Positions 1-8,561 of a stretch of 53,524 bases of DNA are shown here, one piece after another. A program made the position numbers and the translations under genes. The stretch lies in IMG/VR virus record IMGVR_UViG_3300038365_000209, positions 1-53,524 of that record. The stretch is one strand, 5' to 3'. The notes beneath the pieces were generated by a model, which worked only from the letters and a program-made list of their open reading frames with translations, was not told where the DNA came from and did not search any database. Within the stretch, counting starts at the first letter, position 1. Each line of letters starts with the position of its first letter. This stretch comes from a virus. Lineage: Duplodnaviria; Caudoviricetes.

Positions 1-894
1 ATGAAATGTTGTGAATTAGCAGATAGGCATTCGAGCCTTGCACCTTTGAACTCTTCCAAAAAGATTAAGGTGGCAATATATAAGCGTGTCAGCACGCTCG
101 ATCAGGCCAGAGAGGGATATTCCCTTGATGCACAGGAGCGCGCCCTAAGGGCCTATTGCGCCGATCATAAATATGAAGTGTACGATGTATATGCGGATGA
201 AGGAATCTCCGGGAAAGATATCACACACCGGCCAGAAATGAAACGGCTTTTGGATGATGCAGACGCGGAGGCCTACGATATTATATTGATATGGGCTCTT
301 TCACGTCTGACACGATCGGTTTCCGACCTCTACAATACTTGGGAGTGCATATCTAAACGCGGTATCGGACTTATCAGTTACACGGAGAGTTTTGACACGT
401 CAACCCCCACAGGGCGGGCTATGATGGGACTACTGGGGGTATTTGCCCAGATGGAGCGCGAGATCACCGCCGAGCGGGTGGCCGCCGCGATGGAGGAAAG
501 AGCCATGCGCGGCCTTCGCACCTGCTCTTATATTCTTGGATACGATTCCGTATTGCATGGAGGCCTGAAAGTCAATACAAAAGAGGCAGAGATGGTAAAA
601 GCTATCTATAAACAGTACATACGTCATAAAAGCTTCTCCTTCATTGCAAAATGGAGCAATAAGCAGGGCTACCGTGGAAAGCGTGGATCGAAATTGTCCC
701 CGGAATCTATCCACAAAATACTTACCCGCCCGATTTACTGCGGATACTACACCTTTCACGGACGCCCAATTAAGCCGGCAGTCGGGCAAGAAGTTCCTCC
801 AATTTTAGACAAACGAACATTCAATACGGTCCAGAGGATCATTGAAAGCAACACCTCCGGAAGGACAAGAGAACGTCCCCTTGTATATCTTTGA
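1..894 (+). CDS. Serine recombinase (resolvase + recombinase domains, no Zn-ribbon/coiled coil)
   Basis: YKRVSTLDQ catalytic motif, LSRLTRS, GRAMMGLLGVFAQMERE, ILTRPIYCG; only 297 aa. Confidence 0.9.
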   Translation: MKCCELADRHSSLAPLNSSKKIKVAIYKRVSTLDQAREGYSLDAQERALRAYCADHKYEVYDVYADEGISGKDITHRPEMKRLLDDADAEAYDIILIWALSRLTRSVSDLYNTWECISKRGIGLISYTESFDTSTPTGRAMMGLLGVFAQMEREITAERVAAAMEERAMRGLRTCSYILGYDSVLHGGLKVNTKEAEMVKAIYKQYIRHKSFSFIAKWSNKQGYRGKRGSKLSPESIHKILTRPIYCGYYTFHGRPIKPAVGQEVPPILDKRTFNTVQRIIESNTSGRTRERPLVYL

Positions 895-899
895 GAAAG

Positions 900-930
900 C
901 AAAAAGGCTCCGAATTTTCGGAGCCTTTTT
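900..930. terminator. Bidirectional intrinsic terminator
   Basis: AAAAAGGCTCCGAA-TT-TTCGGAGCCTTTTT perfect hairpin with A/T tracts on both sides. Confidence 0.85.
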
Positions 931-933
931 CGT

Positions 934-1097
934 GTTTTGATCCACGCTCCGCAAGGGAGCAACATAATTTGAATGGATACAACAGCTACAGCTGAAAAAT
1001 ATGATTTCAATCCACGTTCCCTCGCGGGGAACGGCAAAGCAACGACATGGAATATACAGATGTCTACACATTTCGATCCTCGCCCAAAACGGATGCC
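934..1097 (-). CRISPR. Orphan type I-C-like CRISPR mini-array: 3 repeats (two near-complete, one degenerate) and 2 spacers
   Basis: Repeat 1004-1035 reads GCCGTTCCCCGCGAGGGAACGTGGATTGAAAT on - (32 nt, hairpin, ATTGAAAT end); 934-963 GTTGCTCCCTTGCGGAGCGTGGATCAAAAC; 1070-1097 ends GGATCGAAAT; spacers 964-1003 (40 nt) and 1036-1069 (34 nt). Confidence 0.85.
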
Positions 1098-1109
1098 TTT
1101 ATATAATTT

Positions 1110-1137
1110 AGTATATCATGGCTTTCCCTGCTGTCAA
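1110..1137 (-). promoter_or_regulatory. sigmaA promoter driving the mini-array
   Basis: TTGACA (1137-1132), 16 nt, TATACT (1115-1110) with extended TG. Confidence 0.75.
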
Positions 1138-1195
1138 GAACAAAAATGAAGCTCTAGGATAATTGTTCCGAGGGCTTTGCACTTTATGTGTATAT

Positions 1196-1336
1196 CTATA
1201 CTTGCTTCTTATTCTCCTTCTCTTCAATTGCCCTCCTTTCCATCTGTCTTATTTCGTGATAGATAAGTGCCTGATTTCTGGCAATGGTATTAAGGTTCTG
1301 ATTGAGCAACTCCAGCAGTTTTTGTTCTTCTCCCAT
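1196..1336 (-). CDS. 46-aa helical hypothetical protein (not in ORF track)
   Basis: MGEEQKLLELLNQNLNTIARNQALIYHEIRQMERRAIEEKENKKQV*, preceded by AAAGGGG RBS. Confidence 0.6.
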   Translation of the reverse strand: MGEEQKLLELLNQNLNTIARNQALIYHEIRQMERRAIEEKENKKQV

Positions 1337-1415
1337 TTAAAATCGCCCCTTTTTTCTTAGGGTAACAATAGCAGAAAAATATAGCAACAAATTGTGACAT
1401 ATTTTTACTTTGGAC

Positions 1416-1450
1416 AAAAAAGGGGCACCCGGGAGTAGCGGGTGCCCTCT
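1416..1450 (-). terminator. Intrinsic terminator after the 1473-2196 pair
   Basis: GGGCACCCG stem, U-tract on -. Confidence 0.75.
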
Positions 1451-1472
1451 GGTATAGCTAATTTGCATAATT

Positions 1473-1922
1473 TTAAAAATTGATCTCACCTCTAAAAGCT
1501 GCTCCTAAAACCGCAACGATAATAGAGCATACAATTGGGATCCATAATTGCTTGCTTTTCCAAATCGTTTCGCGCTCTTTCTTTATTACTCTGGCATCTG
1601 CAACAAGGTCGCTAACTTTATCTCCGAGCTTATCCAGCTTATCCTCAAGTTTATCTATCTTTGTATCCATTGATTTAAGCAATTCGAGCATTTCGCTATT
1701 AGTCATATCTAGTTCCTCCCACTTAAGCTCATCTTTCAAGGTGTTGGAACATCCTGCAATATATCCTAGTTTAAAATCTTCCGATGCGCCCATCAATTCA
1801 ATTTCTGTCTCATGCCTATGATATGCTAAAGCGGCCATATTAATGAAAAAAGAATCTTCATACGAAATCGAAACGCTACTAATGCTATCTATATTTTCTT
1901 GTACTTTTTTATTTCTTTCCAT
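1473..1922 (-). CDS. Hypothetical protein with coiled coil and C-terminal TM helix
   Basis: KIDKLEDKLDKLGDKV heptads; LWIPIVCSIIVAVLGAAF; AT-rich. Confidence 0.7.
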   Translation of the reverse strand: MERNKKVQENIDSISSVSISYEDSFFINMAALAYHRHETEIELMGASEDFKLGYIAGCSNTLKDELKWEELDMTNSEMLELLKSMDTKIDKLEDKLDKLGDKVSDLVADARVIKKERETIWKSKQLWIPIVCSIIVAVLGAAFRGEINF

Positions 1923-2196
1923 TTTTTTCGCCTTTTTTCAAATTGGCGGAAGTAGTTACTTCAAGGTTTAACTCTTTTATAGGGCCGTATGTAGCCTCAT
2001 ATCTTTCAAGCTGAATTTGTAGCATCTTTTCTAGTTGTCTTGCAAGAGATGGGCTTAAAATTACATGATCCGATTTTACGGTCAAAGAAGATCCGTTATT
2101 GGGCTCGTGAGGTATAAGCATTTTAAAAGTTATGCAACAATCATTTTGGGACATCGCTATTCCAATGCTATTCGCATAAATCGAATTTTCTTCCAT
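1909..2196 (-). CDS. DUF3467-like small protein
   Basis: IYANSIGIAMSQNDCCITF ... VILSPSLARQLEKML...YEATYGPI pattern; GGAGAG RBS. Confidence 0.6.
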   Translation of the reverse strand: MEENSIYANSIGIAMSQNDCCITFKMLIPHEPNNGSSLTVKSDHVILSPSLARQLEKMLQIQLERYEATYGPIKELNLEVTTSANLKKGEKNGKK

Positions 2197-2283
2197 AGCA
2201 TGTTTCTCTCCTTCTTACCTCTTTCTGTAATATTATAATAGCATTGTCGAATGGAAATACAATATATTTTAACGAATTTAACA

Positions 2284-2326
2284 AAATAAAAAGGGCCTCG
2301 GAGCGCAAACCGCATCCGAGGCCCTT
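2284..2326 (-). terminator. Terminator at end of lysis operon
   Basis: AAGGGCCTCGGA stem, U-rich tail on -. Confidence 0.75.
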
Positions 2327-2354
2327 ATACTTTGTGCAAATCCGCCGATGGCTG

Positions 2355-2552
2355 TTAAGCCTTGTTCGCCGCGTCCACAAGCCCTTCACCGACTATGTAC
2401 GCCACGACAGAGCCGAGCGAGAGAATCAGGCCGCTGATCTGCGTGGTGTCCGTGCCGGGCTGAAACAGCGTGATGATACCAGCTACGAGGCCGGCGACTG
2501 CCAGCCAGAGCTTCCGAGAAGTAAGTTTGCGTTTCCAATCGATTTTTTCCAT
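2355..2552 (-). CDS. Holin
   Basis: IDWKRKLTSRKLWLAV, two TM segments, YIVGEGLVDA; next to amidase. Confidence 0.85.
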   Translation of the reverse strand: MEKIDWKRKLTSRKLWLAVAGLVAGIITLFQPGTDTTQISGLILSLGSVVAYIVGEGLVDAANKA

Positions 2553-2574
2553 AATATAAATCCTTTCTACCGGG

Positions 2575-2880
2575 TCAACCGGCAATCTTAAATATCCACG
2601 CCAATATTGCCGTTGCGATCCCCGCCCCGATCGCGCCGATTGCTGCCGCTACCAGCTTATCCCACCACTTACCGGGGCGGGCAGATATGGCCTTAACGTC
2701 GGCCTTAATCTCTTTTACGTCGCCGTCCAGCCCGTCTACTTTCTGATCAACCCGCGCCATTGCCGCCGTAAGGCCACGGATATCCTTAATATCTGCTTCC
2801 ACCCCATCAATCCGATGGTGCGCCGATTTCGCGCTGTTGAGCGCGTCCGAGGCCATCTGTGCCACCTCTGCCATATCCAT
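2575..2880 (-). CDS. XhlA-like lysis membrane protein
   Basis: SAKSAHHRIDGVE motif, coiled coil, C-terminal TM; start moved to ATG 2880 after GGAGG. Confidence 0.7.
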   Translation of the reverse strand: MDMAEVAQMASDALNSAKSAHHRIDGVEADIKDIRGLTAAMARVDQKVDGLDGDVKEIKADVKAISARPGKWWDKLVAAAIGAIGAGIATAILAWIFKIAG

Positions 2881-2893
2881 CAATAGCTGCCTC

Positions 2894-3712
2894 CTATTGC
2901 ACGTTAAAATTACACTGCGCGGTCTGCCCGGCAGCGGATACCACGATATGAGCGTACCGCGCCGGAGGCGGCAGGGCGGTAATATCAACCAGCCAGCCGC
3001 GGCCTTTCGGGTCGAGACGGGGATCGGACTTGCTGATAACATCCGATCCGACCGTCGTAACCGTCGGCTTATCCTTGCAGCGGATCAGGACGGTATAGCG
3101 CTCTCCTATAGCCATATCCTTGCTGTGAGTGTCCAGAGATAAGCCCGCGATCTGCGGCGGAGCTGCAGCATATGTAGGCTTGTACGCAATCCCGGCATAT
3201 GCACAGATCCCGCGCGCGATAGCCTGGCCAGCTTTCTGCGCGTCAAACCGGCGCATATCCTCGGCGTTGTCGATGAATCCGGCCTCGGCCAGCACAGCGG
3301 GCATATTGCTCTCTCGGATCACCGCCAAGTAGTCCCGCCCATCGTCGCCCTTGCGGGATTTTACGCCTCGATCAGCATATCCCAGCTTGACAAGCTCGGC
3401 CTGGATACGCTCTGCCAGCGTACGGGATTTGCCGCCCGCGATGCTGCACCAGGTTTCCGCGCCGTGCCCGCCTCCAGAATTAAGATGGACGCTGACAAAT
3501 AAATCAGCGCCCCATCTGTTGGCCTTGGGACCGCGTGTGTCAAGAGGGATATCTACATCAGATGTCCGGGTACGGCTAACGCTCATGCCGCAGCGCGTCA
3601 GCTCGGCAGCCAGCACATTGCCGATCTTGAGCGTCAAATCCTTTTCGCGGAATCCTTGGGAGCACGCCCCCGGCTGCGCGCCGCCGTGTCCCTCGTCAAT
3701 CCAGATTTTCAT
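2894..3712 (-). CDS. Endolysin, N-acetylmuramoyl-L-alanine amidase (Amidase_3)
   Basis: KIWIDEGHGG, EKDLTL, FVSVHLNS, AVLAEAGFIDN; start moved to ATG 3712. Confidence 0.92.
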   Translation of the reverse strand: MKIWIDEGHGGAQPGACSQGFREKDLTLKIGNVLAAELTRCGMSVSRTRTSDVDIPLDTRGPKANRWGADLFVSVHLNSGGGHGAETWCSIAGGKSRTLAERIQAELVKLGYADRGVKSRKGDDGRDYLAVIRESNMPAVLAEAGFIDNAEDMRRFDAQKAGQAIARGICAYAGIAYKPTYAAAPPQIAGLSLDTHSKDMAIGERYTVLIRCKDKPTVTTVGSDVISKSDPRLDPKGRGWLVDITALPPPARYAHIVVSAAGQTAQCNFNVQ

Positions 3713-3843
3713 GCACCCACCCCCAGCGCCTGATGCACCATATCCTTGAGATTGGATAGGGCCGGTACCTTGTCCTCGGTGTATCGTTCCGCGCGGATCA
3801 GCCCGACCCACACAATCACAAGCCCCGATGTTTCCGTGAACAT
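3709..3843 (-). CDS. 44-aa small tail-associated protein (XkdX/CD1375-like)
   Basis: MFTETSGLVIVWVGLIRAERYTEDKVPALSNLKDMVHQALGVGA*, translationally coupled on both sides. Confidence 0.6.
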   Translation of the reverse strand: MFTETSGLVIVWVGLIRAERYTEDKVPALSNLKDMVHQALGVGA

Positions 3844-4265
3844 TACGCATTACCTCCCGATACCAATATTGATAGCTCCGCGATCGCATCGGCCTGCGCC
3901 GCCTGTGTCGCCGAGAGCTGTGCGGCCTGCTGCTCCTGATAGGTGAGCTGCGCCAGCGTAACGATCAGCCGATCCTCCGTGACTGCCGGATCGGTGCCTG
4001 TCGCCGGCGTGACCACAACGGGCCGCAGGGCGAGCTCCGTGCGGATATTATAATTGTCATGAACGTACTGCTGATCCCCGTCGATCAGCGTCAGCTTAGA
4101 CGTTTTGGTGGTGTCCGCCGTCAGGGTGTCCAGCGCGTCCATCGTGATGCCGCCCTTAGCAATCTGGATTTCCAGAGCATCACGGTGTGCTCCTTGCGCA
4201 ATAATTTGATCGCCCTTGACGCATATCGCGTCAAGCGTGGTGCCGTCCTGAAATTTTATCTGCAT
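3843..4265 (-). CDS. Tail fibre-associated hypothetical protein
   Basis: AGGAGG RBS; C-terminal QADAIAELSIL typical of proteins preceding XkdX-like genes. Confidence 0.6.
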   Translation of the reverse strand: MQIKFQDGTTLDAICVKGDQIIAQGAHRDALEIQIAKGGITMDALDTLTADTTKTSKLTLIDGDQQYVHDNYNIRTELALRPVVVTPATGTDPAVTEDRLIVTLAQLTYQEQQAAQLSATQAAQADAIAELSILVSGGNA

Positions 4266-4276
4266 GTATATACCTC

Positions 4277-4924
4277 CTACGTTGATGATATAATTACTTC
4301 CGTGATTGGCTTCCCTGCGATCCTGATGCCTCCGGAAACCCAAGTCGCGTCCATAGATGATTGCCAGCCGGAATCACCGGTACCATGAAGAGATGTCTCC
4401 ATTTTGAGCCTTAGCTTAGTCAAAACGATGTCACTGGTAGCAGATTTTACGATGTGTTGTGTCCAAGGGTCTTCACTGGTAAACTCGCCGCGAGAATATA
4501 ATACTTCATAGTCGCCATTATTTACTGCGAGCGAAAGGCCGACGTAGCCATACACGCTTGATTTATGCCAACTATACTCGATGGTGATATCGGCGTCAAA
4601 AATATTCTGGCCAGCCAGGATCAGGATTCCCGGGTCAAATTGTATGTCTGTATAGATTGCAGGGTCAAGCCAATAATCCGCCTCGTTCGAAGTATATAAT
4701 TTCCCGCTGCCATCCAAGTTCCATCTAGCTATTTCTTCAACATTTCCGCTGCTAGTATCTCTCGGTATAACAACGACTTTTTGTCCACTGAAAATCTTCC
4801 GGTTGACACCGCCGGAATCCCTCGCCCACGCCTCTTTCAGCTTGCGGTTCACTGCATCCTGCGCCGCCCACAACTCTTTGAACTTCCGGTTGACGGCATC
4901 TTTCGCGGCCAACAATTCAGGCAT
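4277..4924 (-). CDS. Putative tail fibre/receptor-binding protein
   Basis: Three N-terminal VNRK repeats followed by an AT-richer beta-type C-terminal domain; tail position. Confidence 0.55.
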   Translation of the reverse strand: MPELLAAKDAVNRKFKELWAAQDAVNRKLKEAWARDSGGVNRKIFSGQKVVVIPRDTSSGNVEEIARWNLDGSGKLYTSNEADYWLDPAIYTDIQFDPGILILAGQNIFDADITIEYSWHKSSVYGYVGLSLAVNNGDYEVLYSRGEFTSEDPWTQHIVKSATSDIVLTKLRLKMETSLHGTGDSGWQSSMDATWVSGGIRIAGKPITEVIISST

Positions 4925-5534
4925 CGTACACACCCCAGAGCTTACCGGGAGCAAGCGTCGAGGTAGGGGCCGCCGTGGATAGGGTCAATGTGGACTCTAT
5001 CCGCCAATCTCCCCATGTATCATTAATTTTTGTCCTTACAGCTCTTGCAGCATTGCTATAATCTGTGTACACCTGTTTGATTACGCCGCCCGTGGCGGGA
5101 GCAAATCCACTTCCATCGAATTTTGAAACGTCGAGAAAACCGTGATTCGGAAATCCAGTAGGAAAGTTTGTTGCATTTATTGCAAATTCGTGGGTTTCTG
5201 TAACGACAGAATTTAAGTCAATAGGGTTCTGTCCTGGGTAGACATAATTTGTTTTCCCTAAAAAATCAGTATTGGCTACCGAACCCTGCACTGCCCCGTT
5301 GATCTTGTCCCTCTCCCCCGCCTGAAGGTGGACGGTGGCGTCGGAGGTGTGAGAGTTGACTTCCTCCCCAATCTCGTTGAATACGCCCGCCTGCGCCTTG
5401 TCTCCTGCCTGCGAATACTCGGTGACGTCCTGAAACGAAAATGTTCCGTCGCCGTTATCAATCTGCTGATATTTCCGTAGCGTCCCGGCTCCGCTGGCTG
5501 GGATTGCGTCCTTGTAATCTGTCCGTAAACTCAA
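4917..5534 (-). CDS. Minor tail/fibre protein
   Basis: LRTDYKD ... SFQDVTEY N-terminus, knob-like RTKINDTWGDW. Confidence 0.6.
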   Translation of the reverse strand: MSLRTDYKDAIPASGAGTLRKYQQIDNGDGTFSFQDVTEYSQAGDKAQAGVFNEIGEEVNSHTSDATVHLQAGERDKINGAVQGSVANTDFLGKTNYVYPGQNPIDLNSVVTETHEFAINATNFPTGFPNHGFLDVSKFDGSGFAPATGGVIKQVYTDYSNAARAVRTKINDTWGDWRIESTLTLSTAAPTSTLAPGKLWGVYDA

Positions 5535-5941
5535 AATTCATCAACTCCTGTTCCCATCGTAAAGGCCATTGTCGGCAATAGATTCCACTGCCCCACCATC
5601 GCGTCGTGTAAGCGGAGAATGTTCCCCTCGATGATGTTTAGTTGTTCGGCATTCCACCCCGGAGCCCCCAAGGAATATCTTTGCATTTCCTGATCCTGCG
5701 GCGGCTTGTAGAGGCTATCTTCCAGCTTCTTCACGTTGTCCACGATGTTGTTGAGGAACGTGTCTGCCGGGAACCCGTCAATCGTGAAATCGCCCATGGA
5801 GATAAGCGGAAAGTCGGCGTACATCTGCGCCGAATAGTCCTTAATCCACTGGATGTTCCCTTTTATCCGGTTGTAGTCCGGGTCGAGGTTGAAATAATCG
5901 TTTTCCGTCCAGTTCGTTTTTGGCGTCACCCAGTCAGCCAT
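5531..5941 (-). CDS. Minor tail/baseplate protein
   Basis: WVTPKTNWT...DYNRIKGNI motif common in Clostridial siphophage tails. Confidence 0.65.
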   Translation of the reverse strand: MADWVTPKTNWTENDYFNLDPDYNRIKGNIQWIKDYSAQMYADFPLISMGDFTIDGFPADTFLNNIVDNVKKLEDSLYKPPQDQEMQRYSLGAPGWNAEQLNIIEGNILRLHDAMVGQWNLLPTMAFTMGTGVDEF

Positions 5942-8540
5942 TCATTTTCACCGCCTTTACGCTCCCGGAGAGCGCCCCATTAAATTCAATCTTATGATCC
6001 ATAATCCTCACAGGGAAAAGCGCCTCAAACTGGCTCTCCATGTAGGCGAGATCATGCGCGTCGATTTCCGGATTTCCGCGGTACGTCGTAGTCAGGAAAT
6101 TCCGCTTGCTGAAATAGTCCGCAATCCATATCGCCGTGTTCTGCGCGTTCGTGAGGTCTGTAATCAGCGGATTTTGCAGGGCTGGCTTATCTTCGCCCTG
6201 CGGGTTTAACTGCTTCACGACGCTTACAGAAGCCGCAGTAAGCACCTTGCCGGTGATGGAGAGCGTGGCCGCGCCCGTTCCGGTCAGCGTGAGCACGGAA
6301 TAGTAGGTATAGTGTGTCTGCGAGACGATGGTTCCCGCGCTCAAAGAGGCTGCTATCTCCGTAGCCGCGTCGTGGGACACGTTCAGGGTAATGTCGCCGC
6401 CAAGGGTAATGTCCGAATGGTAAAGCTCCGTCACGTCGGCGGCAGGAACGTAGGAATAGCAATTGACCGTAACCGTCTTGACCTGAGAGCTCTTTTCCAC
6501 GGTCGGCTTACTGGTCGCTGTGGAAAAATCTATGTTCATGTCGTTCACGCGCCCGGAACCGATTTGAGCTATCATGGCACGGCGCGTACCCCGGCACCAC
6601 TTGTGAATTTCAATCTCGATTCGATCCGTCTTATCGACAGAATGTTCCACGATGTACTTTACCGCTGTATTTCCCGTTACGGAAACGCGGTCAATCTCTG
6701 CCCCGGCCAGCTTATAGACAACATCGAATTCCGCCGCGCACTCCCCATCCACGTTGTCAAACATGATCGGAATCTGAAATGCGGAATAAGGGAAGGAGTA
6801 GGTCCAAAAGAAAACCGGATAGGTGGAAAAGGCGCCGTCCGCGTCGCAGATTTTGTCCGAAACAAAGCCCATACGAATGTATGGCCCGGCCGCCGGGAGA
6901 AGGATTTTTGCTCCGGCCGCTTTCCACGAATCCGGAAGGAAGTCCGCATACTTCGCGGTCGGCAAATTCTCGTCATTGTAGGCGCTCTCGGAACTGCTGT
7001 ACGCCATGTGTCCGTTGTCGCCGACCTGAATCGTCGGGTCCAGCGCTATTTCCAAGGTAATATACCCGCGACGGTCGGTATAAAGGATGCACTGCCCTGC
7101 ATTGGCGATAATCTGCAAGCACTCGCGGTGCGTGACAATGGGGAGCGCGGCTTTCGTGTAAATATCTTTCAGGTGGCCGTCAATGGAGTAATGCTCGACG
7201 CCCGCATCGGTTAAAACTTCTTCTGCGAGGTCGTAGAGGGAAATTTTATTGTCATGGGGGGCATACGATTTATCCACAATGCTATTTAGGCACATGAACG
7301 GCTTGATCGTTCCATCGGCAAACAAGGATTGATAATCATAGGCAATAGTCTCGTCTAAAGGATTGAAAAGCGTTACGCTGATAAAGTAAGCTCCGGCTGG
7401 CGTTGTAAATGTTTGCCCATTTTGAATCGCCCCAATAGAAGAAAGAAAATTTCTGCTGGAATCATATGTCCTGATGACTTCTTGAAAATCGGATTCCGTG
7501 TCGCAGTAATATGTGGTGGAAGGTTTGACAGCAACTAATTCAGAAAGTCGGAGCCTTGATGTAATATTGGCTTTTCCCCCATCTGATGGCTGATATTGTC
7601 CAGATTCCCATGCGCTGAAATTATTGTCGATCAGGTTTCTATTTTCTCGGTAAAGCCCATACCGAAACATTCCGGTTAAATTCGTAAGGGCATCGACCGC
7701 TGAAAAAGAAGCCTGTGCGTCCGCCGCGATGGGCGTGCTCTCCGATACTGTGCTGTCACCCTGCACCCATTCGATAGAACCGTCGTCGAGTTCGTATCCG
7801 TATTCCATATCAAGCGGCTGCTTCGCTTCCAGGTAGGAATAAATTCCGGTCGGATTCAGGGGATTGTAGGCTTGATCCCTGTTGTCAATCGTGAAGGTGA
7901 ATTTCTTCTGCGTGAGGGACAGCGACAGGAAGTCGATGCTGCTCTCAAAAGAAGTCTTGATAAGCTGCCGGTTCTGGAAAACGACCGATTGCCCGAATTG
8001 CAGCCGGTTCAGCCGGACGCGGCGGCCGGCGGCCGGAGCCCTCACAAATTTAATCGTGATGGAGGTAACGTCCTGCAAGCGGTCGGGCATGATATAAAGC
8101 TCTGAATCCGGATTGTAGGTCGTGCCGTTTACTTTGATTTCCTGCGGCACCTGTCCTTCCGGGAAGGTGAGCGTCAAACCGAAAATGTCCTGCGGGTCGG
8201 TGAAGGAAACCGTGATGGTCGGGTTCGCGGCAAAGGTGTTATCCGTGAGGTTTGACACTTCCGAGGAAACAAAGCCGTCGTAATTGTAGGGACCAGTCGC
8301 CGGAAGGATAAGCTGCTTCCCATCCGCGCGCCAGTAATCCCGCTCGAATGTGGCATAGTCTCGGTCCGGCAGGATATCATCGTTCAGGTTCAGGTTGGCA
8401 TAGGCCGTATGACCATTATCCGTAAATTCCGCCTGCTGGCCGGCGAGAAGATTGAAAACGCCGTAAGACACCCGCACATAGGAACGATTGCGGAGAGGTC
8501 TCCGCATCTGCTCTTTGTATGCTGCACTTACGGTTTGCAT
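5934..8540 (-). CDS. Large tail tip/baseplate hub protein with internal duplication
   Basis: 868 aa downstream of tape measure; THRECLQIIANAG, YRGNPEID. Confidence 0.75.
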   Translation of the reverse strand: MQTVSAAYKEQMRRPLRNRSYVRVSYGVFNLLAGQQAEFTDNGHTAYANLNLNDDILPDRDYATFERDYWRADGKQLILPATGPYNYDGFVSSEVSNLTDNTFAANPTITVSFTDPQDIFGLTLTFPEGQVPQEIKVNGTTYNPDSELYIMPDRLQDVTSITIKFVRAPAAGRRVRLNRLQFGQSVVFQNRQLIKTSFESSIDFLSLSLTQKKFTFTIDNRDQAYNPLNPTGIYSYLEAKQPLDMEYGYELDDGSIEWVQGDSTVSESTPIAADAQASFSAVDALTNLTGMFRYGLYRENRNLIDNNFSAWESGQYQPSDGGKANITSRLRLSELVAVKPSTTYYCDTESDFQEVIRTYDSSRNFLSSIGAIQNGQTFTTPAGAYFISVTLFNPLDETIAYDYQSLFADGTIKPFMCLNSIVDKSYAPHDNKISLYDLAEEVLTDAGVEHYSIDGHLKDIYTKAALPIVTHRECLQIIANAGQCILYTDRRGYITLEIALDPTIQVGDNGHMAYSSSESAYNDENLPTAKYADFLPDSWKAAGAKILLPAAGPYIRMGFVSDKICDADGAFSTYPVFFWTYSFPYSAFQIPIMFDNVDGECAAEFDVVYKLAGAEIDRVSVTGNTAVKYIVEHSVDKTDRIEIEIHKWCRGTRRAMIAQIGSGRVNDMNIDFSTATSKPTVEKSSQVKTVTVNCYSYVPAADVTELYHSDITLGGDITLNVSHDAATEIAASLSAGTIVSQTHYTYYSVLTLTGTGAATLSITGKVLTAASVSVVKQLNPQGEDKPALQNPLITDLTNAQNTAIWIADYFSKRNFLTTTYRGNPEIDAHDLAYMESQFEALFPVRIMDHKIEFNGALSGSVKAVKMNG

Positions 8541-8561
8541 CCTTCTCGCCCCTTTTTCATG

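Noticed and set aside
1368-1410. Partial similarity of spacer 964-1003 to the upstream region of the 46-aa ORF (GCAGAAAAATAT, CATATTTTT)
   Set aside because: Short AT-rich match with no adjacent TTC PAM; not enough to claim crRNA-guided repression
4277-5534. Diversity-generating retroelement or invertible tail-fibre cassette
   Set aside because: No reverse transcriptase, template repeat or flanking inverted sites seen
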